Shown here piece after piece: positions 59,334-64,000 of a DNA stretch of 64,000 bases (within the stretch, counting starts at the first letter, position 1; every line of letters starts with the position of its first letter). A program made the position numbers and the translations under genes. Below the pieces are notes generated by a model. That model had not been told where the DNA came from and made no database searches. It worked only from the letters and a program-made list of their open reading frames with translations. Source of the DNA: Phycisphaerae bacterium (GTDB lineage: Bacteria; Planctomycetota; Phycisphaerae; WQYP01); assembly GCA_035548175.1 (NCBI GenBank), contig DASZTO010000079.1, positions 21,733 to 85,732 on the forward strand, given 5' to 3'.

Positions 59334-60701
59334 TCAAATCCGGTACTTTTTGCGGCGTCGCCAGAGTGTGGCGGTGTCGATGCCCAGGGTGGCGGCGGCG
59401 TCTTCGAGGGATTTGGTCTGGGCGAGCACGCGGCGGATGTAGAGTTCTTCGAGCTTGTCGAGGGTGATCAGTGGGGCGTCGGCGGAGAGGGGGTCCATGA
59501 CAATGGGGGCGCCCAGCGAGCCGGGCAGCAGTTCTGGGGTGACGGTGTCGGTGGCGGCGAGGATGGCGCAGCGTTCGATGACGTTGCGGAGTTCGCGAAT
59601 GTTGCCGGGCCATTGGTGCGCGCGCAGGACGTTGGCGGCTTCGGGGGAGAAGCCCAGGACTTTTTTGGGTTTGTTGCGGGTGAAGAAGGCGAGCATGCGC
59701 TCGGCCATCGGCACGATGTCGTCCTTGCGGTCGCGCAGCGGGGGCAGCTCGATCTGGATGACGTTGAGGCGGTAAAGGAGGTCTTCACGGAAGCGTCCGT
59801 CGGCGACGGCTCTTTCGAGGTTCACGTTGGTGGCGGTGATGACGCGGATGTCGGCCTTGCGCGTGACCTGCTCGCCGACGCGCTCGTATTCGCGGTCCTG
59901 GATGAAGCGCAGGAGCTTGGGCTGGATGGACACCGGCAGGTCGCCGATTTCGTCGAGGAAGAGGGTGCCGCCGTCGCAGGCGGCGATGCGGCCGGGGTTG
60001 TCGCGGAGGGCGGAGGTGAAGGAGCCCTTGATGTGGCCGAAGAGTTCGGATTCGAGGAGTTCGGGCGAGAGCGAGGGACAGGCGACGGTGGCGAGGGGGT
60101 GGTCCTTGCGGGCGGACCAGTTGTGGATGGCCCGCACGAGGACGCCCTTGCCGGTGCCGGATTCGCCGCGGATGAGGACGGTGGCGTCGGTGGTGGCGAC
60201 CTGCTGGGCGAGGTGGATGGCGCGCTGCATGGCGGGGGAGGTGGTGGAGGCGAAATCGGTTTCGGGGGGGGCGTTGGCGGCGGAATCCTGGAGGGTGGCG
60301 ACTTTCTGTTCGAGCCGGCGCAGCTCGGCGATGCGGCGGGTGACGAGTTTGACCTGGGCGGGGGTGAAGGGCTTGGGGAGATAGTCGGCGGCGCCGGCGC
60401 GCATGGCCTGGATGGCGGTGTCGATGGAGGCATAGGCGGTGATGACGACGATTTTCATCCAGGGGGACTGGGCGAGAAGCTGGGGGACCAGGTCGAGGCC
60501 GCGCTGGGCGCCGAGGCGCAGATCGACGAAGGCGAGATCGAAGGAGCGGCGGGCGGCTTCGGCGAGGGCGTCGGCGGGGTTGGAGACGGCGGTGACGTGG
60601 TGGTGCTCGTCCTCGAGGCAGAAGGCGAGGGTCTTGCGGATGTTGATCTCATCGTCGACGACGAGGATCGAGAGGGTGAGTGGCGGCGAGGCCTCGCTCA
60701 T
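59334..60701 (-). CDS. Sigma54-dependent (NtrC/AlgB-like) response regulator
   Basis: REC domain (ILVVDDE, FVDLRL, YLPKPF), Walker [48 protein letters not shown], Fis HTH. Confidence 0.93.
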   Translation of the reverse strand: MSEASPPLTLSILVVDDEINIRKTLAFCLEDEHHHVTAVSNPADALAEAARRSFDLAFVDLRLGAQRGLDLVPQLLAQSPWMKIVVITAYASIDTAIQAMRAGAADYLPKPFTPAQVKLVTRRIAELRRLEQKVATLQDSAANAPPETDFASTTSPAMQRAIHLAQQVATTDATVLIRGESGTGKGVLVRAIHNWSARKDHPLATVACPSLSPELLESELFGHIKGSFTSALRDNPGRIAACDGGTLFLDEIGDLPVSIQPKLLRFIQDREYERVGEQVTRKADIRVITATNVNLERAVADGRFREDLLYRLNVIQIELPPLRDRKDDIVPMAERMLAFFTRNKPKKVLGFSPEAANVLRAHQWPGNIRELRNVIERCAILAATDTVTPELLPGSLGAPIVMDPLSADAPLITLDKLEELYIRRVLAQTKSLEDAAATLGIDTATLWRRRKKYRI

Positions 60702-60841
60702 ATTTCGCACAAACCTATGAGAGAAGGATTAGGGAGGGGAGATATAGCACAAGTGGACGGCCTAGGCAAGCATTTTGGCAATTTGGCGAAGATGGCTAAA
60801 TGGCGAAGCGTCATGGGCGGTCGAGAAGCCTCGCTATATTC

Positions 60842-63130
60842 TCATCCGCCCGGCGGCACGGTGGGTCGCGCGGCGACCGGTATCAGCGCCTCAGTATCGA
60901 TGGGCTGTTGGCCCTGGGCGCGACGGAAATCGTTGAGCGGCTGGAATTTGTCTTTCAGCGCCATCCACGGGACCAGCTCGACATGGCCATCGTAAAAGGC
61001 CACCAGGATGCCTGTGGGGGTCGTCGGGCGGGGGCGCTCGTACAGGAGAACCATGTTGTTGTCGGAGGTGGAAGGCATGCCTGTGCCGAGGTAAACGAAG
61101 TCGCAATGGCCGGCGAGGGCGGCGCTGAGGGCGGCGGGGGCCATGGCGGTGATCTGGTCGGGCGTGAGCGGAGGGGTGCTGCTGCCGGTGAGCAGGAGGG
61201 CTTTTGGAGGCAGATCGCCGGAGGCAAGGAGGGGAGCGAGGCTGTCGGGGAATTGATCCATGTGCTGATTGGCGTAGAGGATGCAGGCGGTGGCGATGGA
61301 ACGGGCGTTGGCGGCATCGGCGGAGCGGCGGGCGGCTTCCGCGGATTGGGAGAGCGACGGTCCCACGAAGGCCGAGGCCAGACCGGCGATCAGCGTACTG
61401 GCGGCGAGTTGCCTGCTGGCCATGAGCTGGGCGCCGGGGAAGGCGCAGCGGAGGACCCAGTGAGCGCCCTGCTGGTCGGTCCATGCGGCGGAGATGCCGG
61501 GGGAGAGGAAGGGTGTGGCGGCGTCGGCGGAGGGGAGCAGGCCGGGGGGCACTTTGAGGTGGATCATGGCGCCGGCGGTGGGCAAGAGGTCATGTGCGGC
61601 GGCGGCGATATCGGGGTAATCGCGGCGGGCGTCGAGGTAGCCCAGGGAGAACAGCTCGTCGGGGAAGGGCTTCCGGAGGGCCGCGAAGATGGGGTTGCCG
61701 GCGAGTGTACCGGTGGGGGTGGCCTGGGACTGAAGCTGGAGCTGCCGCAGGACGGCGGGGAGTCGGCGGACTTTGGTGAGCAGGAGGTTGTCTTGCCAGA
61801 GGGCGTAGCCGATTTCCAGATCGCCCATGCGGACCGTTTTCACCTGCGCGCCGGGCAGCATGACCTTGGCAAATCGGAAGGGGCCGGGGTTGGGGAAGCG
61901 GCGTTCGAGGGTGGCGAGGGCGGGGGCAAAGTGCTGGGGGTCGCGGATTTTCAGGATGACGACCAGCGGCGGAGGTGCGCCGTCCGGGAGCGGGGAGCGA
62001 TAGGTGATCAGGGCGTTGCCGATGGAAGCGAGGAGGTCTTTTTCCAGGTCGACGCCTGCGCGTTGGCGGAACGCCTGGAGCAGGGAGGCGTATTGGGCGG
62101 GGAGGCTCGGATCGATTTTGGGCAAGGCGGCCTGAAGGTCGTCGAGGAGGCCGGGGAGGTCGAGCGCGCGGAGGTCGGCGTCGAGGGCGTCGTTGGGGAT
62201 GAGGCGGATGGTCTGGGCGTCGAAGGGGGGTGGGGCGGCGAGGCGCAGGAGGCCGGGAAGCGGGCGGGGGGCGGAGAGTCCGAGGTTGGTGAACTGGAGC
62301 CAGTTTTTGCCATCGAAGCCGGCCTGGAAGCCGAGCTGGGAGATATCGGCGAGGCCGGTGGCGGCATAGAGTGCGTTGAAGCTGTGCTGGGCGCCGGCGA
62401 GGTTGTGAGCGGCGAGGTATTGATTGAGCGCCGCGAGGAGGCCATGGATATCGATGTAAGCGGCGAGGGCGGGGGTGGGCGGTGCGGCGGAAGCGGCGGG
62501 GGCGGGCAGATGCAGGGCCTGGGCGAAGTGGGGATCGCGCGCCAGGGATTGCGGCGGCGTGTGGAGGAGGCCGGCGGCGGGGAATCCGAAGGCGATGGCG
62601 ACGGCGTGGGCTTCGGCGGCGACGGTGGGTTTGAGGGGCGAATCGGGCAGGCTTTGGGCGAAGCGATCGAGGAGTCGCGCGAGGGCCGGAGCCTCGGGGC
62701 CGGCGTCGCACAGGATGCCGATGCGCACCGGCGGTCCGGCCTCGTTGGGGGGTGCGGCTGAGAGGAACAGCGCGGTGGGATGGCGCCACAGCGGCCCGAG
62801 GACGGAAGCGGCAAATTGCAGTTGCGCGGCAGTGTCGGGGTTGGGCGAGGCGCGCTGGAGGGCATCGGGCAGGCCGGCGAAAAACGCGGGCAGGGAAGAG
62901 GCGTCGAGGAAGCCTTTGAGGTTGGAGTGGGCGTATGCGTCGGCGAGGGGCTGGGCGCCGGCCCATCCGAGATAGGCGAGCGTTCCGGCGGGGACGCGGT
63001 CGGCGAGGGGAGCGGACGGGTCGGGCAGGCTGGCCATTGCGGGCGTGGTGGAAAAAGCGGTCGCGAGCACCTGCAGGACAACAGCCGCCACAATCCCCCG
63101 CAGCGATCGCCATCGCTCGCGCATGCGCAT
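60842..63130 (-). CDS. Planctomycete DUF3352/DUF1559-type protein with a C-terminal H-X9-DG-like motif
   Basis: Signal-like N-terminus. C-terminal AEAARRSADAANARSIATACILYANQH...FP and ILVAFYDGHVE. Confidence 0.7.
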   Translation of the reverse strand: MRMRERWRSLRGIVAAVVLQVLATAFSTTPAMASLPDPSAPLADRVPAGTLAYLGWAGAQPLADAYAHSNLKGFLDASSLPAFFAGLPDALQRASPNPDTAAQLQFAASVLGPLWRHPTALFLSAAPPNEAGPPVRIGILCDAGPEAPALARLLDRFAQSLPDSPLKPTVAAEAHAVAIAFGFPAAGLLHTPPQSLARDPHFAQALHLPAPAASAAPPTPALAAYIDIHGLLAALNQYLAAHNLAGAQHSFNALYAATGLADISQLGFQAGFDGKNWLQFTNLGLSAPRPLPGLLRLAAPPPFDAQTIRLIPNDALDADLRALDLPGLLDDLQAALPKIDPSLPAQYASLLQAFRQRAGVDLEKDLLASIGNALITYRSPLPDGAPPPLVVILKIRDPQHFAPALATLERRFPNPGPFRFAKVMLPGAQVKTVRMGDLEIGYALWQDNLLLTKVRRLPAVLRQLQLQSQATPTGTLAGNPIFAALRKPFPDELFSLGYLDARRDYPDIAAAAHDLLPTAGAMIHLKVPPGLLPSADAATPFLSPGISAAWTDQQGAHWVLRCAFPGAQLMASRQLAASTLIAGLASAFVGPSLSQSAEAARRSADAANARSIATACILYANQHMDQFPDSLAPLLASGDLPPKALLLTGSSTPPLTPDQITAMAPAALSAALAGHCDFVYLGTGMPSTSDNNMVLLYERPRPTTPTGILVAFYDGHVELVPWMALKDKFQPLNDFRRAQGQQPIDTEALIPVAARPTVPPGG

Positions 63131-63188
63131 CTCCGACTCTTTTGCGTGTAAGATAGCCGCCGGGGATCACCAAGGGAAAGGAAGAAGC

Positions 63189-63986
63189 GTGCAGTTTCCT
63201 TACTATTTTCACGTGTTGGGGATGCGGGTGCATCCGCATCCGGTGATGGAGGGGACGGCGTATGTGGTGGGCGCGGCGTTGCGCGTGGCGATCGGGCAGT
63301 GGCGCGGGAAGGAGGCGCAAGGCGAGCGCAGCACCGAGGCGCGTTTGTGGCAGATTGCCGGGGCGGTGATCGGGGCGCTGGTGGGGGCGAAGCTGCTGGC
63401 GTGGGCGGAGAATTGGCGGCAGGTGGTGCACGCGTCGGCGACGCTGGGGCTGGAGGCGTGGATCGGCGGCAAGACGATCGTGGGCGGGCTGGCGGGCGGA
63501 TGGGCGGGCGTCGAGATTGCCAAGAGGTTGACGGGGGTGAAGGAGCGGACGGGGGATTTGTGGGTGTATCCGCTGTGCGTGTCGATGGCGATCGGGCGGG
63601 TGGGGTGTTTTTTGACCGGGTTAAGCGATGACACGTATGGGACAGCGACGGGGTTGCCGTGGGGAGTGGATTTCGGGGATGGGATTCGGCGGCACCCGAC
63701 GCAGTTGTACGAAAGCGTGTTCATGCTTTTGCTGGCGGGCGGGCTGGCGCTGTGGCAGTGGCGGAGCGGGATCGGCTGGCGGACGGGCCGGGTGTTCCGG
63801 TGGTTCATGCTGTGGTATTGCGCGTGGCGGTTTTGCGTGGAGTTCATCAAGCCGACGGACAAGTGGATCGGGGGGTTGAGCGTGATACAGGTGTTCAGTG
63901 TGGGGGTGTGCGTGTTTTGTACGTGGCGGTTGTGGCGCGAGCGGGAAGGACGAGAGGCCGCGGCGGTGGTGGGGGTGGAGGCATGA
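63189..63986 (+). CDS. Prolipoprotein diacylglyceryl transferase (Lgt)-family protein
   Basis: GGKTIVGGLAGG, AIGRVGCFLTG, YGTATGLPWGVDFGDGIRRHPTQLYE, RFCVEFIK. GTG start after AAAGGAAG. Confidence 0.85.
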   Translation: MQFPYYFHVLGMRVHPHPVMEGTAYVVGAALRVAIGQWRGKEAQGERSTEARLWQIAGAVIGALVGAKLLAWAENWRQVVHASATLGLEAWIGGKTIVGGLAGGWAGVEIAKRLTGVKERTGDLWVYPLCVSMAIGRVGCFLTGLSDDTYGTATGLPWGVDFGDGIRRHPTQLYESVFMLLLAGGLALWQWRSGIGWRTGRVFRWFMLWYCAWRFCVEFIKPTDKWIGGLSVIQVFSVGVCVFCTWRLWREREGREAAAVVGVEA

Positions 63987-64000
63987 GCGAGCGAACACCG
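63983..64000 (+). CDS. Start of a translationally coupled downstream gene (MSERTP...), truncated by the window edge
   Basis: ATGA overlap with the Lgt-like stop; only 6 codons visible. Confidence 0.4.

Noticed and set aside
55991-62761. Long plus-strand Gly-rich ORFs (1070, 631, 653 aa)
   Set aside because: Antisense to well-supported minus-strand genes.

Overview
High-GC bacterial DNA, most likely a planctomycete (Phycisphaerae/Tepidisphaerales-like). The evidence is a LEPR-XLL N-terminal motif, a DUF1559/H-X9-DG-type protein, PEP-CTERM and the bamD-lptE pair. A single 36.9-kb ORF (2298-39194, 12,298 aa) dominates the window. It encodes a giant surface Rhs/YD protein: beta-helix-like repeats, about 15 CARDB domains, Ig domains, beta-propellers, two dockerins, an oversized YD cage, an internal toxin-like domain after the DPSG cleavage site, then a Zn-peptidase motif, Ig repeats and a Pro/Thr tail. 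Immediately upstream is a small PEP-CTERM protein with a cohesin-like domain, suggesting a cohesin-dockerin surface-tethering system for the giant protein. The rest holds a partial PL26-type lyase, an unannotated 22-aa Lys-rich gene, bamD-lptE-ftsH, an orphan antitoxin with a truncated toxin, an OLD-like ATPase/TOPRIM gene, a GT2, an NtrC-type regulator/O-GlcNAc transferase/degenerate kinase cluster and an Lgt-like gene. The window also shows extreme C/G strand-skew domains that flip several times, twice inside the giant ORF, independently of gene direction. Oriented short repeats occur at gene boundaries. All family assignments come from motif recognition by eye; no searches were run.
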